Below are positions 31,902 to 40,214 of a DNA stretch of 64,000 nt, piece after piece. The notes beneath the pieces are model-generated. The model did not search any database. It had not been told where the DNA came from and saw nothing but the letters and a program-made list of their open reading frames with translations. The stretch comes from a virus, in IMG/VR virus record IMGVR_UViG_3300036670_000256, positions 9,638-73,637 of that record; one strand, given 5' to 3'. How positions within the stretch are numbered: position 1 is the stretch's first letter; every line of letters begins with the position of its first letter. A program made the position numbers and the translations under genes.

Positions 31902-32501
31902 TTAAAAATTGTTTAATCCTAATTTATTAGGGTTTTCTAAGTCTTCTCCGTGGTTAACAAATTTACTATTTTTTTTGCTTAGTATTTCATTTTCAATTCT
32001 TGACAATTCGTAACCACTATTTGTAATCGCTTTTTCAACAATTTTTTTCTTTTCAAATTTACTATTGAATTTCTGTATAGCTTCTTCGTGTTTGTTTATT
32101 TGATTTGATAATCTAGATATTTCAGTATCGTCTTCAACTTGATTTGCTTCTGATATCTTTTTTAATAATCTGGTTTTAATTTCTGCATTAATTCGTTCCA
32201 GCTGCAGATCATTATTAAATTGCAATTCTAAATATTTTTCTATTGCATTTTGAACTAAAGGTTCTGTTTCTTTTAAAGCACTTCGCTTTGTGTAAACTTC
32301 TTCTACAGCTCTAGCAAACCTATCTGCTCTATCGTAGTAAGCAAATATTGATAAATAATCGCAACTCAAAGCTACAACAGTCATTGCATTAATTCCTTTT
32401 TTTGAGAAAAGTTCTCGAAATGCTTTTATAGCTTTCCAACCGGAATTAGATGGAGAATCATCAATCAAACCAGTTTCTTGATTTATCTGAATTAAATACA
32501 T
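31902..32501 (-). CDS. Probable terminase small subunit
   Basis: Helical 199 aa upstream of terL; DYLSIFAYY...R and AIEKYLELQ pattern. Confidence 0.5.
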   Translation of the reverse strand: MYLIQINQETGLIDDSPSNSGWKAIKAFRELFSKKGINAMTVVALSCDYLSIFAYYDRADRFARAVEEVYTKRSALKETEPLVQNAIEKYLELQFNNDLQLERINAEIKTRLLKKISEANQVEDDTEISRLSNQINKHEEAIQKFNSKFEKKKIVEKAITNSGYELSRIENEILSKKNSKFVNHGEDLENPNKLGLNNF

Positions 32502-32502
32502 T

Positions 32503-32853
32503 TTAAAGTCTTTGAGGTTCGTTTAGGTAAGACAATTTTTTAGATTGGTATTCGTCTAAAAGATTTTTAAATTGTCTGTACGTAAACCATAAGTTATATT
32601 GTTCCGATATAATTTCGTGCTTTTCTTCTTTACCTAAATTTGGGTAAATGTCAGTTAGTAAATCGTAAAGGAATCCAACCTTGTAATTTTTTTTATGCTT
32701 TTTAGCATCTATTAAAATTTTATTGTAATCGTTTGGAATCTTAAAAACACATAGTCCGTTTTTTAAATTTTCGTATAAATATTTTTTATGCTCCAAAGAA
32801 TCTGGCGCACTAGGTAGCTTTATAGTACATTCGAATTTTTCTATTAAAATCAT
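32503..32853 (-). CDS. Hypothetical protein
   Basis: ATG 32853 just downstream of a promoter. Confidence 0.6.
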   Translation of the reverse strand: MILIEKFECTIKLPSAPDSLEHKKYLYENLKNGLCVFKIPNDYNKILIDAKKHKKNYKVGFLYDLLTDIYPNLGKEEKHEIISEQYNLWFTYRQFKNLLDEYQSKKLSYLNEPQRL

Positions 32854-32870
32854 TGCTTTGTAATTTTTAA

Positions 32871-32897
32871 CAAAGATAGTAGAAAAAATTTCAACTA
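32871..32897 (-). promoter_or_regulatory. TATCTTTG promoter plus 21-bp operator copy
   Basis: Minus strand TAGTTGAAATTTTTTCTACTA sharing its last TA with TATCTTTG. Confidence 0.6.
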
Positions 32898-32923
32898 AAA
32901 AAAGCACCCTTTTGAGGTGCTTT
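32897..32923 (-). terminator. Intrinsic terminator
   Basis: AAAGCACC-CTTTTGA-GGTGCTTT with A-tract. Confidence 0.65.
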
Positions 32924-32987
32924 AATTAGGATAAAATGTAGAAAAAAATTGTAAAGTAAAAAATAGTAGTCAGGCAAATATATACTT

Positions 32988-33230
32988 TTATTCTACTTCT
33001 TCATAATTTACTGTTGAATTTTTTACTAGATTTTCTGATATCCAACCGCCTTTTGATTTTGATTTAAATATTTCGCCAAACTTTGTTTTTGAAACAGGAA
33101 AGTAATCATAAGTTTTTTTAGCAAATTCTATTCGCATTACTCCCGTTTTGTTTTCTTCATCATATTCCCAACCAACTTTGTTTACGTTAGATGAATGTAC
33201 GTTATACATTTTTCCTTTAAATTCACTCAT
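32988..33230 (-). CDS. KTSC domain protein
   Basis: VHSSNVNKVGW...RIEF...YDYFPVS...SKSKG signature. Confidence 0.85.
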   Translation of the reverse strand: MSEFKGKMYNVHSSNVNKVGWEYDEENKTGVMRIEFAKKTYDYFPVSKTKFGEIFKSKSKGGWISENLVKNSTVNYEEVE

Positions 33231-34336
33231 GATTTTTCTGTTTTAGTTTCTATAAAAATTGGCATTGACTTCATCTGTGATAATAATAATTTAATATCTT
33301 TTGTTGAAAAATCAAAATTCTTAGGTAATTGATCTATATCTAAAGTTATAACATTACCAACCACAATTCCTTTTTTGGTAATCTGCAGCTGTTCTAATTT
33401 TAAATTAAATCTAGAGAAGTTTTTATTTCCAGTTCCTCCAAATTCTTTAGCAATTTTTAATACATCTACTTCCGGTTTTGTAGTGTATAAATTTATGGAC
33501 CAACAACATGTTTTTGAATTGTAGAAATACATAAACACAAGGTCGTGTATGCTTTCAAAAAAGAAATTTTCGTAAGCTATAAAGTCTAGCTTATTTGAAT
33601 TAATAGCTATTGCTTTTAAATCATTAAAATCAAATTCTACTGAACTTGATTTTATCAATAAATCGTATTGCTTTTTTTGGTATTCTAACACATAACTACC
33701 AATACTTTTTATACTCTCAATATCGATGTTTTTTTCCCAATCATCTATATCAACTAATATATTATGTATTTGTTCTGGAGTAGATTTACTACTCATAAAC
33801 CAGTACATAGGCATTACTTCTTTTACCCAATCTTTATCCTTAATTATTTTGGTTTCTTCCGTATGTCTTAAGGTAGAATATTGTCCAATACAACTTACAA
33901 TATCTCTAGCATTTTTGCCAAGCTTCTGAGCGTAAAAATTAATCGCTATCTCACAAGATGATAGCGTTTCGGAATAATAATAAACCATATTCATTTTGGT
34001 AACTTCAAAGCATTTAATATAACTATTCAAGCTTTTTTCTCTCACTTCATATTCATTCAACTCACAATATGATATTAAATCTTCAAAGTTTCCTATAAAA
34101 TTATCTATCCAAATAAATTCTAAAGAACCTAATCCTAAAGTTTTCATTCTTTCCATTGGTAAAGAGGTTCCTACCATTACTGTCACTTTGCCTTTGTACT
34201 TCCTGGTATCTAAATCTTCTTCAAAACATAAAGGTTTTAGTTTTAAAGTATCCCCATATTGTTTTTGATGCGAATACAATACTGCTGCAGCTGTTATACT
34301 GTCTAAAATTTCTAAGTTGTAAATACAAAAATCCAT
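33227..34336 (-). CDS. DHH/DHHA1-family phosphoesterase homolog with degenerate catalytic motifs
   Basis: Motif spacing of the DHH family, but WIDNF replaces WIDHH and GGTGN replaces GGGGH. Confidence 0.7.
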   Translation of the reverse strand: MDFCIYNLEILDSITAAAVLYSHQKQYGDTLKLKPLCFEEDLDTRKYKGKVTVMVGTSLPMERMKTLGLGSLEFIWIDNFIGNFEDLISYCELNEYEVREKSLNSYIKCFEVTKMNMVYYYSETLSSCEIAINFYAQKLGKNARDIVSCIGQYSTLRHTEETKIIKDKDWVKEVMPMYWFMSSKSTPEQIHNILVDIDDWEKNIDIESIKSIGSYVLEYQKKQYDLLIKSSSVEFDFNDLKAIAINSNKLDFIAYENFFFESIHDLVFMYFYNSKTCCWSINLYTTKPEVDVLKIAKEFGGTGNKNFSRFNLKLEQLQITKKGIVVGNVITLDIDQLPKNFDFSTKDIKLLLSQMKSMPIFIETKTEKS

Positions 34337-34558
34337 TTATTGCTTTTTATTAGTTTTGGAATCAATTATTTCTTTTATTATTAAACATTCTAAATATAAT
34401 TCTTCTTCTTCATAACTAGCAAGTAAAAATTTTAAATTGATAATATCTCCCTTTGATAATTGATCTTTAAACGAATCGTATTCTGTAAATGTTTCTGTAA
34501 ATCTTTCTGCAGATAAAGTTTCTTGAAAAATTAAATCTATTTTTTCTAAAATTGCCAT
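34337..34558 (-). CDS. Small acidic protein with UVR-like hairpin
   Basis: EEEELYLECLIIKEII; ATG 34558 downstream of a promoter. Confidence 0.5.
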   Translation of the reverse strand: MAILEKIDLIFQETLSAERFTETFTEYDSFKDQLSKGDIINLKFLLASYEEEELYLECLIIKEIIDSKTNKKQ

Positions 34559-34573
34559 GTTAATTGTTTTTAA

Positions 34574-34600
34574 CAAAAATACATGAAATAACTTCAACTA
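34574..34600 (-). promoter_or_regulatory. TATTTTTG promoter plus 21-bp operator copy
   Basis: Minus strand TAGTTGAAGTTATTTCATGTA abutting TAnnTTTG. Confidence 0.6.
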
Positions 34601-34671
34601 TGCAAATTTACCAAAAAAAATAGGAACTATTTCTAATTCCTAATTTTCCGAATAATTATTAACCAAAATAT

Positions 34672-34962
34672 TTATCTGCATTCAAACCAATCATCCGATA
34701 ACATGTCTTCCGGATTTGGTATCCAACCTTCAGTAGTTACGCCATTGCAATTACACCGAAAATGTGGAGTTCTAGTTATTGTATTAAAATCACCTCTCTG
34801 AAATAAGTTTTCATCAATGTAGTCTAGTTTGCTTCCATTCGAAATATCAGTAGAATAATTTCCCTGAATCAAACTAATGATTTTATTGTGAGCATTTATT
34901 CTAGCCACTTCTTTGTTTTGTTTTAATAACTCTAAAGCAACACTAAAATTGAAATTTCTCAT
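34672..34962 (-). CDS. DUF2829 / Tad2-like (Thoeris anti-defence sponge) protein
   Basis: FNFSVALELLKQNKEVAR...GWIPNPEDMLSDDW signature. Confidence 0.75.
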   Translation of the reverse strand: MRNFNFSVALELLKQNKEVARINAHNKIISLIQGNYSTDISNGSKLDYIDENLFQRGDFNTITRTPHFRCNCNGVTTEGWIPNPEDMLSDDWFECR

Positions 34963-34976
34963 TTTATTTGTTTTTA

Positions 34977-35017
34977 CAAAGATAAAAAAAAAGCGAGAAT
35001 ATTAATTTCTCGCTTTT
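34977..35017 (-). promoter_or_regulatory. Terminator hairpin (AGCGAGAA...TTCTCGCT) followed on the minus strand by a TATCTTTG promoter
   Basis: Hairpin at 34985-35017; -7 element at 34977-34984. Confidence 0.6.
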
Positions 35018-35021
35018 AATT

Positions 35022-35339
35022 TTAAACTTCTTCTTCTCGTACTAATTCCAAAATTTCATCTTCTCGTAAAGAACATAAAGCTTCGGTTAGTCCTTCATTA
35101 TTAAAATTTTGAGAACCAAACACCGTTCCCGCGTGAGGTATGTGAGAAATTAAATCTCCTATTTTTACCCAATCAATACTTGTTCCTACCGCCAAAACTG
35201 TACCTCTTGATAACAATTTCTTCTCGTCTTTCTTTTCGATAATTCCAGATTTGTTTTCTTCATACAAACCCGAATCTTTTTCAACGTAAACTCTCAAAAT
35301 AATTTTATTTGGCGCGCATCCTACTGTCTTCTTTTTCAT
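35022..35339 (-). CDS. groES: GroES/Cpn10-like co-chaperonin
   Basis: KIILR...KSGII...RGTVLAVG...VKIGD...LREDEIL. Confidence 0.8.
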   Translation of the reverse strand: MKKKTVGCAPNKIILRVYVEKDSGLYEENKSGIIEKKDEKKLLSRGTVLAVGTSIDWVKIGDLISHIPHAGTVFGSQNFNNEGLTEALCSLREDEILELVREEEV

Positions 35340-35355
35340 AATCTAATATTAAATG

Positions 35356-35580
35356 TTATACAAATAAACTCTTAACTGCATACATGCAGCTTGTTTCTAA
35401 TTGGGTTTGTGCTAATGATATTTCTCTACCATTTTGACCGTTGTTCATAGTTTCTAATTTGTCAAACAAATTAGCATAGTCTTGTTTCAATTCTTCAATC
35501 TCTGGCTTTGCAGATGGATTGAAATTTCTTTGAACTCTTAATTCTCCTTTCGATACTGGTCTTTCGATTTTTCCACTCAT
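35356..35580 (-). CDS. Acb2/Tad1-like helical-hairpin nucleotide sponge
   Basis: FNPS...IEELK...REISLAQTQLETSCMYAVKSL signature. Confidence 0.7.
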   Translation of the reverse strand: MSGKIERPVSKGELRVQRNFNPSAKPEIEELKQDYANLFDKLETMNNGQNGREISLAQTQLETSCMYAVKSLFV

Positions 35581-35583
35581 AAT

Positions 35584-36444
35584 TTATAGTTTATTTAAAA
35601 ATTTATACAATTCTAAATTCCATTTTGCATCCGATAACGCATGATGCTCGTTTGATTTTTTTGGAAATAAAATATTATTTTTCTTTATTGATTCTACCGT
35701 TACTTTTGGCATCCCTTCCTTAAGATTTGTAGAATCATTTATCTTCATAATTTTCTGATCTAACATCTGCTTTAAATCTTTACAATACATCGGAAAACCA
35801 TTTGGCAAATTTATCATTTTTCCAAACAACCAACAAAACACTACCCAATCATAATCACCAAAATATGCGTAGAAATCTATCTCTCCCTTGAAATTAGCAA
35901 TTATCTTTCTAGTGGTTTCTATCTGATGCTTATTCTCATCATAACCCACAATTGCAAATTCATAAACAAATTCCTTTACCAATTCTGAAATCTGCTTGTT
36001 GGTCTTTCCATACCGTTCAATAAACGAACTCAAACTATGAATCGTAAATAAATCATCATGCAATCCAGAATCTAATTCTTTCTTGAATTCCTCAGCCTCT
36101 CTATTACTCAACATAATCGTATCGCAATCTGAAAATAAAAATAACTGCTTCCAAATTGGATATAATACATTATCGCGAATCCAATAAATCTTTAATGGAG
36201 GACAACCAGCTCGAATTTTCTCAGGACTTAATTCCTCTAAATCAAATCTATTCCAAGCTTCTTTTAAATTGAAATCTTTTGATACCTCATAAAACTCTCG
36301 GCCATCCTCAGAAACAATACCAATCGATATTAAATCAATTGTAGCCTTTGGTTTACCAATAATCCAATTGCCTAAACGACCTTTCAATATTAAACTACGC
36401 TCCGGAACTCCTTCTAAAAATTCCGTGTCTAAAAAATATTTCAT
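35584..36444 (-). CDS. 3'-5' exoribonuclease, DEDDh (Rv2179c-like)
   Basis: FLDTEF, LISIGIV, YDWV and HHALSDA motifs. Confidence 0.85.
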   Translation of the reverse strand: MKYFLDTEFLEGVPERSLILKGRLGNWIIGKPKATIDLISIGIVSEDGREFYEVSKDFNLKEAWNRFDLEELSPEKIRAGCPPLKIYWIRDNVLYPIWKQLFLFSDCDTIMLSNREAEEFKKELDSGLHDDLFTIHSLSSFIERYGKTNKQISELVKEFVYEFAIVGYDENKHQIETTRKIIANFKGEIDFYAYFGDYDWVVFCWLFGKMINLPNGFPMYCKDLKQMLDQKIMKINDSTNLKEGMPKVTVESIKKNNILFPKKSNEHHALSDAKWNLELYKFLNKL

Positions 36445-36445
36445 A

Positions 36446-36799
36446 TTATTCCTCTTTTTTAATTCCTATTGGAAAATCATTAAACGCATTCTTACCATAA
36501 TTATCCCCACCAGTTCCAAATATTATCGGAATATTTTTAATTCCTAAATCCCTTTTAGGAAAAGCAGCTTCCCAAGCTTTCTTAAAATCATCACGATTTA
36601 ATTCCATCGGAATTTTTAACAAAGGATTTAAACCACTAAACGAACTACCATTAACCCTTTTTTCCATATCTCTATTCATTTTTTCCGTTAACGCATCTTC
36701 ATCCGTATGCTTAAACCATAAGCTTTTAAGATCGCTAAATCCCTTAACGTTTTTAAAACAATCAGAGTCTTCACCACAAGCACTAAATAAATTATCCAT
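36446..36799 (-). CDS. Small protein containing a terminase-like FGTGG segment
   Basis: KKAWEAAFP...IPIIFGTGGD...GKNAF resembles TerL ASYKATEP...VPMVYGTGGE...GAKGF. Confidence 0.6.
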   Translation of the reverse strand: MDNLFSACGEDSDCFKNVKGFSDLKSLWFKHTDEDALTEKMNRDMEKRVNGSSFSGLNPLLKIPMELNRDDFKKAWEAAFPKRDLGIKNIPIIFGTGGDNYGKNAFNDFPIGIKKEE

Positions 36800-36803
36800 G
36801 ATA

Positions 36804-36830
36804 CAAATATAGATGAAGTTATTTCATGTA
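36804..36830 (-). promoter_or_regulatory. TATATTTG promoter plus 21-bp operator, start of the leftward arm
   Basis: TAGATGAAGTTATTTCATGTA abutting TAnnTTTG. Confidence 0.65.
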
Positions 36831-36923
36831 CCAATTTTTGAACAAAAAAAATTCTCACACGAAGTTATTGCAACAACCAAAAAAAAATAAAAAAAATATT
36901 TGCGCGGGTGTATCCACTAAACA

Positions 36924-36957
36924 ACCCCGTCTCGGAAATGAATTTCCCCGACGGGGT
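36924..36957. other. GC-rich hairpin at the divergence point of the two genome arms
   Basis: ACCCCGTC-TC-GGAAAT-GA-ATTTCC-CC-GACGGGGT. Confidence 0.7.
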
Positions 36958-37033
36958 ACTAGTGCGATAAACCACAAAAAGAGAGTCCGAATGACTCAAC
37001 AACATATTTATTAATCCATTAAAACAAATCAAA

Positions 37034-37282
37034 ATGGAAAATTCTAAAGCGTTAAACGCAACCAAAAGAGTAGCAGTATCAGTATTAGCAACAGCACATT
37101 ACATGGCTACACAATTCGCAGACAGCTGTATAACAGCGGAACACAAAATAGTAGGCGGCGACCTAAAAGAAGTATCAGATGCTAGACAACTAGCAACCTT
37201 CCAACGTCAATCCGACTTCGCACAAAAGATCAAGGCTATCAAAGATAGATCTCAAAACAACTTAACACCTAAAACAGTATAA
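37034..37282 (+). CDS. Early hypothetical protein (paralog of 37877..38245)
   Basis: A-rich leader; shares motifs with 37877. Confidence 0.7.
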   Translation: MENSKALNATKRVAVSVLATAHYMATQFADSCITAEHKIVGGDLKEVSDARQLATFQRQSDFAQKIKAIKDRSQNNLTPKTV

Positions 37283-37334
37283 TAACGAAACAGAAAACAA
37301 TTAAAAATGTCCAAGTAATGCTTGGCTAAAACTC

Positions 37335-37703
37335 ATGAAACAGACAGCTGTATTCGTGCTTATATGCGCGGTAGGAATTGGCATTGGCGGTCACTTAGCC
37401 AGTGCCTTATTCTTCGGAATCATTACGTTAGTAGGCCTTATAGCCTTAGTAGAAAACATACCAATAATTAAATGGTTTGTCTACAAAACTAACAACTTCA
37501 TTGACGTCATGCTATTCATCCTTGCGGTGATAGCTACTGTCAAAATGGGAGTAACTATAACTGCAGCATTAACTGTTGCCGGTCTTGGTTACACCATGTG
37601 CTACGCACCTTACGTTCGACGTAAGAAAAAAGAAAACCGCGAGGTCCACTCGCAAAACAAGGTAGTCAACGAAATACTATCTAAAAATAAAATTAATTAT
37701 TAA
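37335..37703 (+). CDS. Small multi-TM membrane protein
   Basis: About 4 hydrophobic helices, basic C-terminus. Confidence 0.75.
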   Translation: MKQTAVFVLICAVGIGIGGHLASALFFGIITLVGLIALVENIPIIKWFVYKTNNFIDVMLFILAVIATVKMGVTITAALTVAGLGYTMCYAPYVRRKKKENREVHSQNKVVNEILSKNKINY

Positions 37704-37718
37704 ATACAATAAATAACC

Positions 37719-37865
37719 ATGGAAAAATTCATCGAACTACTAGCATTCATTACTGTATGCGTAATCAAAATCATGACCTTCGCTATCTGCATACCTCTAG
37801 CTATCTGGATGGTTGCAAGCCAAGGTCTTAAAGAATTAACTAATTCAAATAATAATAATAAATAA
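37719..37865 (+). CDS. 48-aa membrane peptide (not in the ORF track)
   Basis: MEKFIELLAFITVCVIKIMTFAICIPLAIWMVASQGLKELTNSNNNNK; A-rich leader. Confidence 0.6.
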   Translation: MEKFIELLAFITVCVIKIMTFAICIPLAIWMVASQGLKELTNSNNNNK

Positions 37866-37876
37866 ATAACTCGATT

Positions 37877-38245
37877 ATGAAAATTAAAATGATCCTTAGA
37901 AAAGCTGGAAATGTAGTAGTAAACTCAACATGTTCCACAATTGGCGCTTTACATTTTGTAACAGACACAGCAAGTGACATCTTGCTACACGCCGAAGCGT
38001 GCATCATGCACCGCGTATATGGCGAAGACAAAGACGAATGTAAATTACGTCGATGTATTCAAACGTCAGTTTATCAAGGCCACGTTCTTGATAAGCTTGA
38101 CGCTATCAAAGATTTGAAAAATCAGGTAGCCAACAAGCTACCTTTCAAATCTAAAGAAGAATCGGAAGTTAATGAACTTCCACCTTTAGTTGTCGTAGAC
38201 ACAAAGTCCTACGACGAAATGATGTCTAACCTTAAACAAGCTTAA
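37877..38245 (+). CDS. Early hypothetical protein (paralog of 37034..37282)
   Basis: Shared H..D...AE..I..G.D..E...R..T..Q...K..AIKD pattern. Confidence 0.7.
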   Translation: MKIKMILRKAGNVVVNSTCSTIGALHFVTDTASDILLHAEACIMHRVYGEDKDECKLRRCIQTSVYQGHVLDKLDAIKDLKNQVANKLPFKSKEESEVNELPPLVVVDTKSYDEMMSNLKQA

Positions 38246-38247
38246 TC

Positions 38248-38403
38248 ATGGCAAATCTTAGAAGAAGAAAACGTTTCAATAGATACGTTAAATTGTTATC
38301 AGAAATCTATAACAGAGAGTATCGCGAAGTAATGCGCTATTGGGTAAAAGCCAATGGCGACATTGAACAAGTTCGCGTAGCTCTCAACCTAACAGCTAAA
38401 TAA
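38248..38403 (+). CDS. 51-aa basic protein (not in the track)
   Basis: MANLRRRKRFNRYVKLLSEIYNREYREVMRYWVKANGDIEQVRVALNLTAK; tightly packed between neighbours. Confidence 0.6.
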   Translation: MANLRRRKRFNRYVKLLSEIYNREYREVMRYWVKANGDIEQVRVALNLTAK

Positions 38404-38405
38404 TT

Positions 38406-38540
38406 ATGAGAGAATTTTTTCGAGAAATCTTTAAAGTATTCAAAGAAAACTTTAGAGAAGATCCTATTGGATCATTAGCTGACATTGCAATATGCGTAGG
38501 CATTGCTGCAACTTTAGCATGGTTAGTAGTATATCTATAA
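38406..38540 (+). CDS. 44-aa C-terminally anchored membrane peptide (not in the track)
   Basis: MREFFREIFKVFKENFREDPIGSLADIAICVGIAATLAWLVVYL. Confidence 0.6.
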   Translation: MREFFREIFKVFKENFREDPIGSLADIAICVGIAATLAWLVVYL

Positions 38541-38611
38541 ACCACAAAAACAAATCTTAATTTAAATCCTGATCTGATTGCAAGGACTTTAAAAACGTGC
38601 TACCATTTATT

Positions 38612-39217
38612 ATGAGCACTTCAATTGTAACTTACAACACTCCAGAAGCAGTAGTTAAAATCTCAAACATTTCTCTTAATCCTAAAGACCGTAAGGCAAC
38701 ACTTGTGTTGGCTACTAAAGAAAAAGGAAAACGGAAATTTATTGAAGAAGAAATTATTGTATCTCTTACAGCTGAGGTATACCATTGGTTTACCCAACTT
38801 AAAGACGATGTTGTAAAAGAAGTAGCTGACAATCCACAAGGGTTTGTCTACACAAAAACCGGAACTAAATCTACTACCTTTCAAAGATATTTGAAAAGAT
38901 TAGGTATCGAATTTGCTCCTGGTGTTTTACAAACTATGTCGTTTGAATCAGATAACAAATCTGAATCTTACGCTGATAATCCGTTTAGAATTATCAGATA
39001 TACTAATGGATCTAACAGTATCACATTGGTAAATGTACCTAGTAAAAAAACTGTCGAAAAGGTTGACTTATCCACCGGAGAAGTTAAATCATCATACTAT
39101 CAAAAGTATGGTAAATTGAATAACGGTCAAAACGTGAAGGCTTTCATTATGCCTAAAATGTACAGACGTCTTGTTATTCAAACAACTAGAGTCATTGTGG
39201 AATACGTTAACTCTTAA
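38612..39217 (+). CDS. Hypothetical protein, beta-rich
   Basis: ATG 38612; converges on the wHTH gene. Confidence 0.7.
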   Translation: MSTSIVTYNTPEAVVKISNISLNPKDRKATLVLATKEKGKRKFIEEEIIVSLTAEVYHWFTQLKDDVVKEVADNPQGFVYTKTGTKSTTFQRYLKRLGIEFAPGVLQTMSFESDNKSESYADNPFRIIRYTNGSNSITLVNVPSKKTVEKVDLSTGEVKSSYYQKYGKLNNGQNVKAFIMPKMYRRLVIQTTRVIVEYVNS

Positions 39218-39579
39218 TGTACTTCCGCTTGACTTTCTGCGTATTCAACCTGGTTCGTATGAAGCATTTCATTCTTGAAATCTTTGTACTGTAAATCAGT
39301 CATGTTGAGTATGTAATAATAACTTACAAGGTACGTGTGCTTACTAGTAGACGTATCTTTGTAAATTATTTCTAAATCCAAAAGCTCTTTGATTCCTTGG
39401 TAGAACTTGTTCTTACTTATAATTTTGTCCTTGACTAATTCATTCTGTATAATCTCAAGTCGTTGAGACTCCTTGTAGTCTTTACCAACTTTCAACTCCG
39501 CTAGGATGTAGTTGTAAATACATAGCCCTGAATAGGTCATTTTTGACATCATGTCTTTAGTTAAATAGACTCTTGGCAT
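39214..39579 (-). CDS. Winged-HTH (RepL-like) DNA-binding protein: candidate initiator or regulator
   Basis: LCIYNYIL...ISKNKFYQGIKELLDLEII...YLVS wHTH pattern; lone minus-strand gene beside a long non-coding region; upstream ATGs possible to 39663. Confidence 0.55.
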   Translation of the reverse strand: MPRVYLTKDMMSKMTYSGLCIYNYILAELKVGKDYKESQRLEIIQNELVKDKIISKNKFYQGIKELLDLEIIYKDTSTSKHTYLVSYYYILNMTDLQYKDFKNEMLHTNQVEYAESQAEVH

Positions 39580-39663
39580 AGCTTTTAATTTTTTATTTAA
39601 GTGTAAATTATTGTACATTTGTCTATATATATTCATAAAGGTTGTCAAGTCTTTTAAGGTCAT

Positions 39664-40214
39664 ATCTACTACTAATAGATATGGCCTTTTTTATTTCTAC
39701 AAACTTAATTATTTCACATATTATGTGCAAGAATTAACGTGTTTAATTTAACACAATATGGGAATAAACTGTAATATACTAGTATTTAGTGTTTTATAAT
39801 GTAACATATTATGGTAAAGAATATTTTTTAACGAATCCTTGTTAAGTACTATGTTTACTGGTGCTAACAAAGGTTTTAATTAAAAAAAAAGCAAATGCAG
39901 TTGCTATATAGAATCATATTATAATAACGTTGGTCACTTACGTGACTATAATAATAACTATAGTAGATAACCTTGCCTTGCTCACTGACCACTCCTTCGT
40001 CGTGTTCATTACAAGGCTTTGTGATAGACTTGTTGGTATTGTTATTATGGTATTATGACATGAGTAGACAATTAATATTGGTGTTGATATGGTATATAGT
40101 AGTTATTTACAGTTATTATAATTATGTAGATAATATGTTGATAGTTTATATCATTGGCATTTATGGTTATGAAGAATTTTTTGGTATTAGGTTTTTAACA
40201 ATTAAGTTTATATT
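39664..40214. other. Non-coding AT-rich region with multiple palindromes; candidate replication origin
   Basis: About 550 bp with no convincing gene, short inverted repeats, base-composition switch. Confidence 0.45.
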
